IMG/VR virus record: IMGVR_UViG_3300037484_000062
Location: 1 to 41,169 of that record
DNA length: 41,169 nucleotides
Direction: 5' to 3' (one strand)
Source of the DNA: a virus
Lineage: Duplodnaviria > Caudoviricetes
In this document: piece by piece, positions 13,003 to 22,021 of the stretch
How positions within the stretch are numbered: position 1 is the first letter of the stretch
How the letters are laid out: each line of letters opens with the position of its first letter
Notes under the pieces: generated by a model
The model's input: the letters and a program-made list of their open reading frames with translations, nothing else
Told to the model about the DNA's origin: nothing
Database searches by the model: none
Made by a program: the position numbers and the translations under genes

Positions 13003-15509
13003 TGCGACTCGTCTGCCTTCCTGACCGCCTGTGCCTGACCGGGTCCGATGCGGTGCACTCGGCCCGTTTTGGGGCGATCCCCGGCGCTCGCTGGAACAAG
13101 GGCCTGATGTGCTGGGAGTACCCGAGGTCGCCGTTCGCGGCGAGGGCGGTTGTGGGGATTGCAGAGCGGAAGGGCATTGCCTGCGATCTGAGCAATGAAG
13201 CGACCATGATCCTCCGCCAGTTCGATGCCATCATGCACGCTAAGAAGTGGAAGAGCGAAGAGACTCCCATCCCCTCGGACAAGTGGGATACAGAGACTGA
13301 ACCTTGGGCACACCAGCGGCGTGCATCCCATTTCATCGCTCCGATGGTTGCCGCCTACCTCGCGCTGGACATGGGCACAGGCAAGACACTGGTGGCGATC
13401 AACGAGATCCTCGAGACTGAGGCTCAGCAGACCCTGATCATCTCCCCACTCTCCGTACTCGACGTGTGGGTGGACGAGTTCAGAACCCACTGCAGCCCCA
13501 CCAGGATGCCCCACGTCTGCGTCCTGACCAAGCCGACTACCGAGGGCAAGGCCAAGGAAGCACAGCGGCAGCAGGGGCTGGCACGGGCCGAGTCCAGGCC
13601 GCTCGTAGTTCTTGTCAACTATGAGTCGGCCTGGAGAGGGGGGCTGGGTGAGTGGCTGCTGAAGCAGACCTGGGACATGGTGATCCTCGACGAGTGCCTG
13701 CCAGCCGGCACACAGATCGCCACCCAAAATGGTCAGAAGCCGATCGAAGGGGTGACCGTTGGGGACGTTGTACTCGGGATGGACGGAGATCAAATCGTCA
13801 AAACAACTGTGCTGAATACCTGGGCGCGTGATACAATGGCACCATTGGTTGAAGTGGGACCAATCAAGGCGACTGGCAACCACCCGATCTGGACACGAAG
13901 GGGGTACGTCGATGCCTCACAAACGGTGCCATCCGATCACGTGCGAATACTGCGGAGAGACGGTCCTTCAGGACAATCCTTCGAGGAGGTTCTGCTCGAA
14001 GAGTTGCCGCACCAGAGCCATGTGGGAAGCGAGCCCGGAACTTCGAGAAGCGCAGTCGAAGAGGATGCAACTCCTGCGGCAAGATCCGTCCGTGCAGGAA
14101 AAACTCCGCGCCTATCTCGAGGGTCCAACCAACCCGCTCCGAGATCCAGCGGTGATCCAGAAAGCGCAGGAAGCAGCAGCGGCCAGGGGGTTCGAGCATC
14201 TGAACGGCGGGAATGGCAAGCCCATCGCCCAGCAACAGCAGAAACTGTTCTCTATGTTGGGGGCAGGATGGTCACTGGAGTACGTTTTGAGGACCGGCAT
14301 GGTGCCTCACCACTACAAGATCGACATCGCCAACCCGACAGCCAAGGTAGCAATCGAGGTGGATGGGACAGGGCACCAAGCGAAGAAGATCATGGAAGCA
14401 GACAGGCGGAAGGATCTCTTCCTAGCCAACCAGGGATGGATGGTGATCCGGGTGCGGAACGAGCATGTGACACCAGCCGTCGCGTCTTCAATTTTGAAAC
14501 TGTCACAGGCAATTACTTCGCCAACGGACTCCTAGTTCATAACTGTCACAAGGTGAAGGGAAACTCCACGCAGATCAGCCGCTGGGCGTCGCGCTTGCAC
14601 CACTCCGCGAGGCGCAGGCTCTGCCTCTCCGGCACCCCGCTGCCGAACAACCAGCTCGACGTGTTCGGGCAGTTCCGCTTCCTCGACCCGGCGCTGTTCG
14701 GCTCCAACTTCACCAAGTTCAAGGCGAGGTACTGCCGCATGGGCGGGTACGGGAAGTACGAGATCGTGGAGTGGCTGCGCCAGGACGAGTTCAAGCTCCG
14801 CATGGACGCGATCACTTTCCGTGTGGACAAGTCTGTGCTAGATTTGCCAAGTACCATGTGCATCGACCGCTACTGCACGCTCGAGCCGGACAGCGAGGCC
14901 GCTCGGGTGTACAGGGACGTGAAGAACGAGTTTGTGGCAGACGTGCAGAGCGGCGTGGTGACTGCGGCCAATGCGCTCACCCGCCTGCTCCGCCTGCAGC
15001 AGATCACGAGCGGTTTCGTGGGCGTCGAAGGCCACGGCGAGCAGTGGCTGGGCGACCACAAGCGTGACCTGCTGCACGAGGTGCTCGAGGGCATCGACCC
15101 GAGCGAGCCCGTGGTGGTGTTCTGCCGGTTCCGCAGGGACCTGGAGAGTGTGCATTACGTGGCCGAGAAGCTGGGCCGCGCCTGGGGCGAGTTGTCAGGG
15201 GTGCAGAACGACCTCGTCGCCGGCAAGCTGCCCGAGGGCATCAAGGTGCTCGGCGTGCAGATCCAAGCGGGCGGGCTGGGCGTCAACCTGATCGCCGCCC
15301 GGTACTGCATCTTCTACTCGGTCGGATTCTCACTGGCCGACTACGAGCAGGCCAAGGCGCGGGTGCACCGGGGCGGGCAGACCAGGGCGGTGACCTACGT
15401 CAACCTGATCGCCAAGGGCACGGTGGACCGACAAGTCTACAGCGCCCTGGACGCGAAGCGCGAAGCGGTGGACGAGATCATGGACGCGATCAAGAGAGGT
15501 GAAGTATGA
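13002..15509 (+). CDS. SNF2-family (DEXH) helicase containing an intein
   Basis: DMGTGKT, ILDE|CH, LSGTP, GGLGVNL, QAKARVHRGGQ; start reassigned to ATG 13002. Confidence 0.92.
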   Translation: MRLVCLPDRLCLTGSDAVHSARFGAIPGARWNKGLMCWEYPRSPFAARAVVGIAERKGIACDLSNEATMILRQFDAIMHAKKWKSEETPIPSDKWDTETEPWAHQRRASHFIAPMVAAYLALDMGTGKTLVAINEILETEAQQTLIISPLSVLDVWVDEFRTHCSPTRMPHVCVLTKPTTEGKAKEAQRQQGLARAESRPLVVLVNYESAWRGGLGEWLLKQTWDMVILDECLPAGTQIATQNGQKPIEGVTVGDVVLGMDGDQIVKTTVLNTWARDTMAPLVEVGPIKATGNHPIWTRRGYVDASQTVPSDHVRILRRDGPSGQSFEEVLLEELPHQSHVGSEPGTSRSAVEEDATPAARSVRAGKTPRLSRGSNQPAPRSSGDPESAGSSSGQGVRASERREWQAHRPATAETVLYVGGRMVTGVRFEDRHGASPLQDRHRQPDSQGSNRGGWDRAPSEEDHGSRQAEGSLPSQPGMDGDPGAERACDTSRRVFNFETVTGNYFANGLLVHNCHKVKGNSTQISRWASRLHHSARRRLCLSGTPLPNNQLDVFGQFRFLDPALFGSNFTKFKARYCRMGGYGKYEIVEWLRQDEFKLRMDAITFRVDKSVLDLPSTMCIDRYCTLEPDSEAARVYRDVKNEFVADVQSGVVTAANALTRLLRLQQITSGFVGVEGHGEQWLGDHKRDLLHEVLEGIDPSEPVVVFCRFRRDLESVHYVAEKLGRAWGELSGVQNDLVAGKLPEGIKVLGVQIQAGGLGVNLIAARYCIFYSVGFSLADYEQAKARVHRGGQTRAVTYVNLIAKGTVDRQVYSALDAKREAVDEIMDAIKRGEV
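13695..14543 (+). mobile_element. Intein (283 aa) inserted in helicase motif II (DE^CH)
   Basis: Block A CLPAGTQI, block B ATGNHPIW, block F VFNFET...NYFANG, block G LVHN followed by Cys +1. Confidence 0.92.
13912..14535 (+). CDS. DUF559/Vsr-like endonuclease with N-terminal zinc finger, nested in the +1 frame of the intein (207 aa)
   Basis: CEYC...FCSKSC; YKIDIA...VAIEVDG..H......DRRKD.FL...GWMVIRV; GAAGGGGG RBS before ATG 13912. Confidence 0.85.
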   Translation: MPHKRCHPITCEYCGETVLQDNPSRRFCSKSCRTRAMWEASPELREAQSKRMQLLRQDPSVQEKLRAYLEGPTNPLRDPAVIQKAQEAAAARGFEHLNGGNGKPIAQQQQKLFSMLGAGWSLEYVLRTGMVPHHYKIDIANPTAKVAIEVDGTGHQAKKIMEADRRKDLFLANQGWMVIRVRNEHVTPAVASSILKLSQAITSPTDS

Positions 15510-15763
15510 CGTGGGACGAATGGGTCGAGGCGAACCCGCTGAAGCGGTGGATGGTGGAGCACGAGGTGAGCCAGGTACAGGTGGCGTCCCACTTCGGACG
15601 CTCCCCGTTCACCATCTACACCTGGCTGCGCGGCATCCGGCCGGACTTCCACAACGCGGACTGGTTCTGGGAGGGGATGCGGACGCTCACCGACGACGAC
15701 GACATCGAGGCCAAGTGGCGGGCGTGGGAGCAGATCAAGCCCCAGATCGGAGGGAAGGCATGA
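15506..15763 (+). CDS. Cro/XRE-like HTH DNA-binding protein (85 aa)
   Basis: LKRW...VSQVQVASHFGRSPFTIYTWLRG.RP. Confidence 0.75.
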   Translation: MTWDEWVEANPLKRWMVEHEVSQVQVASHFGRSPFTIYTWLRGIRPDFHNADWFWEGMRTLTDDDDIEAKWRAWEQIKPQIGGKA

Positions 15764-16158
15764 CCCCAGACGAGATGCTCGAGCAGTTCGTGACCCTCGA
15801 GAAGGACAGGAGGGCGACCGAGGATGCACTCGACGGCATCAAGCAGCAACTCACCGCGCTGCAGGAGCCGCTGCAGGAGCACTTCATGGCGCAGGGCATC
15901 CAGCACATCCGGGTGGGTGGGCTGACGGTGTACCTCGAGACGAAGCCCAAGGTGCGGCCACGCGACGGCAAGGAGCGGGTCATCGAGGCGCTGCGGAACA
16001 CGGGGCACGAGGAGTTGGTGAAGGTGGACTACCACTGGACGCAGCTCAACGCGCTGGTGAAGAACTACATGGCGGACGGCGCCGACCTCCCGACCGAGCT
16101 GGCCGAGGCGGTCGAGGTGGTGGACGAGTACGCGATCAGAACAAGGAGGGCATCGTGA
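15760..16158 (+). CDS. Conserved-type phage replication-region coiled-coil protein (132 aa)
   Basis: ATGA overlap; position before the SSB-like gene. Confidence 0.7.
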   Translation: MTPDEMLEQFVTLEKDRRATEDALDGIKQQLTALQEPLQEHFMAQGIQHIRVGGLTVYLETKPKVRPRDGKERVIEALRNTGHEELVKVDYHWTQLNALVKNYMADGADLPTELAEAVEVVDEYAIRTRRAS

Positions 16159-16358
16159 GCAAGGTACTGATAACTGTGCAGGTCACGCAGGACGGCGAAG
16201 ACAAGAGGCTGGAAGGGAATCGGACATTCTGCCGGCAGTTCTGGTGCACAACCATGGGGGACCTCACAAGGTCGCTCGACACGGTGGAGTACGAGGCGTC
16301 CCAGATGTTCGAGTTCGCTGCAACCAACGAGCCTGAGAAGGAGGGCGACGATGAGTGA
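16155..16358 (+). CDS. Hypothetical protein (67 aa)
   Basis: AGGAGG RBS, GTGA overlap. Confidence 0.6.
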   Translation: MSKVLITVQVTQDGEDKRLEGNRTFCRQFWCTTMGDLTRSLDTVEYEASQMFEFAATNEPEKEGDDE

Positions 16359-17100
16359 GAAGGGCAAGATGACGGTGTACCTGGACGAGGAGAAGAGTGA
16401 GTTCCTCGTCCTTCAGCGCGGGATCGAGGCCACCAAGGCCATCGTGCAGACCAACCTCGGGGGCGAGCCGATCCGCGTCACCGACCTCGACCGGGCGATC
16501 AACCCGGCGGGCAAGTCCACCAAGTGGGAGATCCCCGGCCTGGGCGACGAGATGGAGCAGGTGGGTGAGATCACGGGTGTGGTGATCTGCCAGCAGCCCT
16601 ACCGCATCTACTGGAAGGGGGAGTACAAGGGCGGCGGGTCACCGCCGGACTGCGTGAGCCTCGACACGATCCACGGCCAGGGCGTCCCCGGCGGCGAGTG
16701 TGGCAAGTGCCCGTTCAACGAGTGGGGCAGCGGGAAGACGCCGAACTCCAAGGCGTGCAGCTTCCGCCGCCGCGTGTTCGTGCTCCGGCCCACCGAGATG
16801 CTGCCCATGCAGCTCACCCTGTCCCCGATCAACGCCGGGGCGCTGAAGACCTACGGCCTGCGCCTGATGAACAAGCGCCAGCTCCAGCTTCAGCACGTCA
16901 TCACCCGCGTCAGCCTGACCACCGCCACCAGCAAAAACGGCTTCGACTACGCGAAGACGACGTTCGCGCTCGTCGACGTGCTGGCCCCCGACGTGGCCGC
17001 GCAGATGGACGCCTACCGGCACTTTCTCGAGCCGCAACTCCTCGGCCTCGCAATCCTCGACGAGCCGGCGCAGCAGCCGGAGGAAGACGTGCCGTTCTGA
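16351..17100 (+). CDS. Putative ssDNA-binding/annealing protein (249 aa)
   Basis: PDC.S.D...C..CP.N.WGS....KAC motif; acidic SSB-like tail EEDVPF. Confidence 0.65.
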   Translation: MSEKGKMTVYLDEEKSEFLVLQRGIEATKAIVQTNLGGEPIRVTDLDRAINPAGKSTKWEIPGLGDEMEQVGEITGVVICQQPYRIYWKGEYKGGGSPPDCVSLDTIHGQGVPGGECGKCPFNEWGSGKTPNSKACSFRRRVFVLRPTEMLPMQLTLSPINAGALKTYGLRLMNKRQLQLQHVITRVSLTTATSKNGFDYAKTTFALVDVLAPDVAAQMDAYRHFLEPQLLGLAILDEPAQQPEEDVPF

Positions 17101-17981
17101 TGATCCCGCTGGCCTGGGTCAAGCGGTATCAGGAGCTGGGATTCATCGTGCACCCCTGCTGCCCACCGACGCATCGGTGCCAGTCGCCTGGGAAGATCCC
17201 CTACGACCCCTACGAGCGGCAGCACATGGTGAGCTGGCAGAATCATCCGCAGTTCACGCTCGAGAAGTGGGCCGAGTGGCTCGACCTCGAGCCGGAGATC
17301 AACATCGGGTTCCTGACAGGATCACCGAGCAGGATCGTGGCGGTCGACATCGACGACGCTTCGGGAGAGGAGATGTTCCGTGGCACGGTCAGCGAAGAAG
17401 AACGCCAGACCTGGACGTTCACAACTGGGAAGGGCGCTCGAATTCTATACCGGGCGAACGTGGGCGGAGTGCGATCAGCTCGACTTTCCAACGGAACTGC
17501 AAGTGTTGAGATCCTTGGGGATGGACGGCAAAGTGTCTTACCACCTAGTGTTCACCCCTCCGGTGCAAGCTACGGATGGATTGGTGCTCTTTCTCCGAGA
17601 ACTCGCCCAGTCCGTGAAGCTCCCGCTCGTGTTCTCCTACCCGTATCAGACATTGACTCCGAGCGCGAAGACTGGCAAGCCAAAGTCGAAGCCCCGACGC
17701 CCGAAGGCTCCCGCAACGAAACCCTCACCCGCCTCGCCGGCCATCTCCTCGCCCCGGCCAGCGTCCCGGCGGACGAAGTCTTCCTCTGGCTGAGGCTCTA
17801 CAGCGCAGCCAACTGCAAGCCGCCTCTCTCCGAGGCGGAGATCAAGATGATCGTGCGCTCGATCCAGACCCGGCAGGAACGCTCCGACGTGCAGGCGGAG
17901 ATCGAGACGCGGCGCCTGATGCGCGAGCACAACCTCAAGTGGCACGACGCTGAGATGATGCGGAGGGGGATGTGTGGCTAA
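17100..17981 (+). CDS. Bifunctional primase-polymerase (Prim-Pol) with PriCT domain (293 aa)
   Basis: GK.P, NIGFLTG..IVAVDID, T.KG, VLPPSVHPSG..Y.W, EGSRNETL..LAG, C.PPL...E. Confidence 0.88.
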   Translation: MIPLAWVKRYQELGFIVHPCCPPTHRCQSPGKIPYDPYERQHMVSWQNHPQFTLEKWAEWLDLEPEINIGFLTGSPSRIVAVDIDDASGEEMFRGTVSEEERQTWTFTTGKGARILYRANVGGVRSARLSNGTASVEILGDGRQSVLPPSVHPSGASYGWIGALSPRTRPVREAPARVLLPVSDIDSEREDWQAKVEAPTPEGSRNETLTRLAGHLLAPASVPADEVFLWLRLYSAANCKPPLSEAEIKMIVRSIQTRQERSDVQAEIETRRLMREHNLKWHDAEMMRRGMCG

Positions 17982-19263
17982 GTACAACTACTGCCCAGCG
18001 GTTGTCGACCCAACCAACTGGATACACAAGTACGTGCAGTACGCCAAGGACTGCACCGACGCGCCGCATGACTACCACGAAGCCTACGCGGTCATGCTGC
18101 TGTCGCTGCTGACCCAGGGCCTGAGCCTCGAAGTTTCCACCACCCCAGGTGGCATCCGCACGAACCTCTACATGCTGATCTACGGCAAGAGCAGCATCAT
18201 GCGGAAGTCCACCGCGATGAAGCTTGCCAAGGATGTGCTCAACCGGGTGGTGGGCGGGGTGATGCTCCCTGAGAACTTCACCCCTGGTGGCTTAGAGGAG
18301 GAGATGGCGAAGCGCAGCAGCCAGCCGGCGATCCTCTTCGTGGACGAGTTCGCGGGCATCATGGACAGGATGCACCACCAGTCCTACATGGCGGGCACCA
18401 GATCGTTCCTGCTCACCGTGCACGGGCACGACGACTGGCGGTACGTCAGGCGCGAGAAGAAGGGCAAGGAGGACTGCTGGGAGGTCCACGATCCGCACCT
18501 GTGCATCGTCGGTAACTTGACCACGGCGTTCATGTCACGGATGAAGATCGACGACATCGAGGATGGGTTCCTCGCACGGTTCGCCATCATCGGCCCCCAG
18601 GACAAGCCCGACCGCATGAGCCTCAAGGACCTCCAGCCGACCGATCCCGGCAAGCGCATGGACATCGCGAACGAGTTGCAGGCCATCCACAAGCGAGCGA
18701 AGTTCGCCGCTGAGAAGTGCCCTGCGGCCTGGGTGGACGGCAGGGCGGTGACCGCGCTCGATGAGTTTCAGGCAGAGACAGAAAACGCGCAGATGAAAGC
18801 GGACGATGCGACCACCATCATGCTCGAGCGGGTGAGCGAGATGAGCATGAAGCTCGCCATGATCATCGCTGCCGGTCGGCCCAACGGCTTCGGCAGCGAC
18901 GGGCGGCTCGAGGTGCTGGTGACGGACGCAGAACAGGCGGTGAGTATGGCAAGGAAGTGGGCGCACTGGGCGACTGAATTTGTGCAGCAGGCGACACCAG
19001 CCGAGGTCAATCGCCACATCGCGAAGGTCAGCGTGTGGATGGCCCGCAACGGCGGGGAGCTGCCGAGGTGGAAGGTGGCACGGGTACTTGGGCTGTCGAG
19101 CTACAAGGTCGACGAGGTGCAGAGCGCCATGATCGACCGCAACCTGTTGAGCGTGGCCGAGGTCTGCCGGAACGGCAGCAAGAAGCCGACGCTGATGTGG
19201 ACGCTCAAACCGATCGAGGAGCCAGCGGACACGCTGCCCGAGGTCAAGTTGTCGGAGACGTGA
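17974..19263 (+). CDS. DUF3987/YfjI-like P-loop helicase, partner of the primase (429 aa)
   Basis: NLYMLIYGKSS..RKST, LFVDEF, DGFLARF. Confidence 0.75.
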   Translation: MAKYNYCPAVVDPTNWIHKYVQYAKDCTDAPHDYHEAYAVMLLSLLTQGLSLEVSTTPGGIRTNLYMLIYGKSSIMRKSTAMKLAKDVLNRVVGGVMLPENFTPGGLEEEMAKRSSQPAILFVDEFAGIMDRMHHQSYMAGTRSFLLTVHGHDDWRYVRREKKGKEDCWEVHDPHLCIVGNLTTAFMSRMKIDDIEDGFLARFAIIGPQDKPDRMSLKDLQPTDPGKRMDIANELQAIHKRAKFAAEKCPAAWVDGRAVTALDEFQAETENAQMKADDATTIMLERVSEMSMKLAMIIAAGRPNGFGSDGRLEVLVTDAEQAVSMARKWAHWATEFVQQATPAEVNRHIAKVSVWMARNGGELPRWKVARVLGLSSYKVDEVQSAMIDRNLLSVAEVCRNGSKKPTLMWTLKPIEEPADTLPEVKLSET

Positions 19264-19264
19264 G

Positions 19265-19561
19265 ATGAAGAAGAAGCGATGGGCGCAGTGGTATTGTGTA
19301 GACAAATCATCTGGGGAGCGGCATGAGCTATCACGAGAAAGCGTGCGCCATGCTCTCCGGAAAGCGTACCCGAACTGCGGCGGTTTTCTCAGGGAGGTTG
19401 AGAAAGCGGTCCTAAGCGGTGACAATGGGCTCAATTGCCAGATCCACGGGCTGTTCACCTACCACGAGGCTGTGGCTAAGGACATACTATGCGGGGACGA
19501 AAAAGCCCCCGCTCTCACCGGGGAGAAGGAGGGCACGAACCCCGATGAGGGCGAGGTTTAA
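19265..19561 (+). CDS. Hypothetical protein (98 aa)
   Basis: Last + strand ORF; GGAG RBS. Confidence 0.55.
   Translation: MKKKRWAQWYCVDKSSGERHELSRESVRHALRKAYPNCGGFLREVEKAVLSGDNGLNCQIHGLFTYHEAVAKDILCGDEKAPALTGEKEGTNPDEGEV
19500..19534 (-). terminator. Probable intrinsic terminator ending the late arm
   Basis: GCCCTCCTTCTC-CCCGGT-GAGAGCGGGGGC-TTTTT (imperfect stem) just after the last late gene. Confidence 0.55.
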
Positions 19562-19569
19562 CTTGGGTC

Positions 19570-20187
19570 CTACTTCTTGCCGCTCTCCGCAGCTGTCGCT
19601 GCCGCATCAGCAGTAGCGAAGATCGACGCCTGCATCGCCTGACTCTTGTCGTAGCTCCCCCGGCTTGAACCCAGCCAGAAGTTGAACGCCTGGTTGGCCC
19701 ACCCGAGGGCGCCACCAACGAGCATGAAGGCCAAGTTCTGAGCGAACTCGTTGTCGGAGAACCATTCTCCTCGCATCAGGATCATCGCAACCAGCCCGAA
19801 GAACACCACGAGGCTCAGGTAGGTCAGCACGGTGGGCGTGTTGTCCATCGTGGAGCTTTTCATCTGTCGGGCGCTCTGCACGTCCGCGATGTACAGGTCC
19901 TGCTCCTGGATGTCCAGCTCCTCCATCTTGATGAGGAACTCCTGCTCGGCAGTCTTCAACTTCAGGAGGATCTCGGGGTTGCCGCTTCCAACCTGAGCCG
20001 CGATCTGATCGACGGCGCCAGGATCGGAAGAATCCACGGTGCCAAGCACGGTGCTCAGGACGTTCACCGCCAGCGACCCGAAAGGGCCACCGATTAGACC
20101 TCCTGCGATGGTCGGCGCCACCTTCTTTAGTGTGGCAAACCACGGCTGCGTGGCAATCTTCTTGAGGCTCTTTCCGAACTTGCTCAT
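19570..20187 (-). CDS. Putative holin (3TM/GTA-holin-like, 205 aa)
   Basis: VAPTIA..GGP.G, D.QSAR, TM helices, FWLGSSRGS..K motif. Confidence 0.7.
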   Translation of the reverse strand: MSKFGKSLKKIATQPWFATLKKVAPTIAGGLIGGPFGSLAVNVLSTVLGTVDSSDPGAVDQIAAQVGSGNPEILLKLKTAEQEFLIKMEELDIQEQDLYIADVQSARQMKSSTMDNTPTVLTYLSLVVFFGLVAMILMRGEWFSDNEFAQNLAFMLVGGALGWANQAFNFWLGSSRGSYDKSQAMQASIFATADAAATAAESGKK

Positions 20188-20399
20188 AGCAGCTTCCCGA
20201 TGAGGTAGCCGATCACCAGCCCGACGAACAGCCCGGTGCCGACCCCTGTCCAGAGCCACACCTTCCCCTGGTGCTCTACCTCGTTGGTGACCCACTGCGC
20301 GAGGTCAGGATCAGTGATGTACTTCTTCACGTTGTCCGACATCTTGGTCTGGAGAACCCACTGCTCGAGGGCGTCCGTCACAGAGTCGATGAGTTTCAT
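20184..20399 (-). CDS. Small C-terminally membrane-anchored protein (71 aa)
   Basis: MKLIDSV...LFVGLVIGYLIGKLL; coupled overlaps. Confidence 0.6.
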   Translation of the reverse strand: MKLIDSVTDALEQWVLQTKMSDNVKKYITDPDLAQWVTNEVEHQGKVWLWTGVGTGLFVGLVIGYLIGKLL

Positions 20400-21016
20400 C
20401 ACTTCTCCCCAGGCCACGAGATCGGCGGGATCGGCCCACCTGGGGTGCCGGCGCTGCCAGCACGGTTGGGCTCTCCCAGGCTGCGGTAGACGTTCCCCAA
20501 CTCGGTTATCACCGCTGGCAGCCACGGCCAGTCCACGACGTAGCCGAGCTGGTTGCCGCCGCGCTTGCCGAGCCAATACAACGCGAACCTGTGCGTCAGC
20601 TTCGCGCACTCTCCCGGAGTGAGGTTGCCGAAGTCGTTGATGTCGGCGTCCTCCTCCTCGGTCTTGGTCACGCTCAGCATGAGGGACACCATCTTGTCGA
20701 GCGCGTTGGTGGTCCTCTCGTAGGTCTTGTAGTCTCCGACCAGCATTGGATCCGGCAACTGCATGGTGAACTGCGTGTCGTCCCCGAGGGCCGCTGCCCG
20801 CTGCTCGCACTGGTCAGCCCACCAGGCCCAGTTCTCCTCAGACTCGATGAACGGGCTGGCCTGCATCTCCAGCAACGCACGGATCACGGCGGCTGCGTCG
20901 GCGTAGAAGGTCGCCCGATTGTACCTGCCTCCACGCTCCGTGATCGCGTCCCCGACCAACTTGTAGAGCTGGCCCGCTGCATCCAACACCCGAGTCTTCG
21001 CTTCGAAGTACGACAT
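20399..21016 (-). CDS. Hypothetical protein in the lysis region (205 aa)
   Basis: AGGAGG RBS; high GC at third codon positions. Confidence 0.7.
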   Translation of the reverse strand: MSYFEAKTRVLDAAGQLYKLVGDAITERGGRYNRATFYADAAAVIRALLEMQASPFIESEENWAWWADQCEQRAAALGDDTQFTMQLPDPMLVGDYKTYERTTNALDKMVSLMLSVTKTEEEDADINDFGNLTPGECAKLTHRFALYWLGKRGGNQLGYVVDWPWLPAVITELGNVYRSLGEPNRAGSAGTPGGPIPPISWPGEK

Positions 21017-21018
21017 TT

Positions 21019-21493
21019 CTAACCTCCTAAATAGTCAATGGCCGTTTGTAATAGGGTTGCATCATCCCTGAAACATCCGAGGCCAACGTTGCAGACACGA
21101 CACAACAAACCCCTCACCTTACCGGAGTCATGGTCATGGTCAATATGTAGCCTCTTACCAGGGGGGTGGTGGACATCCACAGATGTAGCACATGCCTCCG
21201 CTGGAAGAGTAGAGATTCTCGTAGTCCTCAATAGTCACCCCGTAGCGCCTCAGGTAGTAGTTGGCTCTTGCCCGCGTAATGACCAGATCCTTGTTCTTTT
21301 CGTACCACTTCCTTTGGCATTCCCTCTGGCCTGCTTTAACTGCTGGTATGGCTTCGTGCGCTTTCTTCTGCTCGAAGAGCTTCTCTCTGTGCTCAGATCG
21401 GTACTTCTTGTTGTACTCTTTCTGCTTCTCTCTGTGCTCAGATCGATACTTCTTGCCGTACTCTTTCTGCCTCTCTTTGTCCTTGGATGACAT
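21019..21493 (-). pseudogene. Endonuclease VII-type homing endonuclease split by a +1 frameshift
   Basis: RYG.T..Y.......G.CYICG in one frame; [21 protein letters not shown] in the next; switch at the C6 run 21161-21166. Confidence 0.8.
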
Positions 21494-21496
21494 CTG

Positions 21497-22021
21497 CTAC
21501 CCACCCCCAATCTTTATCGTAGTCCCCCCAGATGGAGGGGTGGTTGGTGGGAAGAACTCATTGAGACGCGGGACACGACTCAGAACCTCGGTTGCGTACT
21601 GTTGACCAGCCTTGCTCGCTGGCGACCCTGCGTTGTAGGCTGCCAGCAACTCGCTGTCGGGCGGATAGCCGAACCGCTGCCGGAGCCACAGGAGGTGCCT
21701 GCACCCGTACTCGAGTCCGAGCGCCGGGTCGCACAGGCAGGCGAGGAAAGGCTCACGGCAACCCCGCTCGCGTGCGACCGCGCCCATGACCTGCATGAGG
21801 CCCCAGGACGTGCGCTGCTGGTTGACCTCAGTGGAGTACGAGACACCACGCGGAGGCGTCACAGGGCCTCCTGCGGGCCACAGCCAGATGTAGTTCGGCT
21901 CGTGCCTGGTCGCCCACTGCTGCCCGCCTGACTCCTGCTCCACGACCGCCGCGACTAGCACCGGCTTGAGCCCGTGGCGGGCGGAGGCGTCCTTGATGGC
22001 GGCGACGAGCAATGGGGTCAC
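21497..22021 (-). CDS. Endolysin, lytic transglycosylase (SLT) family
   Basis: AVVEQES, SWGLMQVM, LAAYNAG motifs. Confidence 0.9.
   Translation of the reverse strand: MTPLLVAAIKDASARHGLKPVLVAAVVEQESGGQQWATRHEPNYIWLWPAGGPVTPPRGVSYSTEVNQQRTSWGLMQVMGAVARERGCREPFLACLCDPALGLEYGCRHLLWLRQRFGYPPDSELLAAYNAGSPASKAGQQYATEVLSRVPRLNEFFPPTTPPSGGTTIKIGGG

Noticed and set aside
16698-17099. N-terminal extension of the primase ORF
   Set aside because: It is an Arg/Pro/Ala-rich off-frame read of the SSB-like gene; ATG 17100 is coupled via TGATG.
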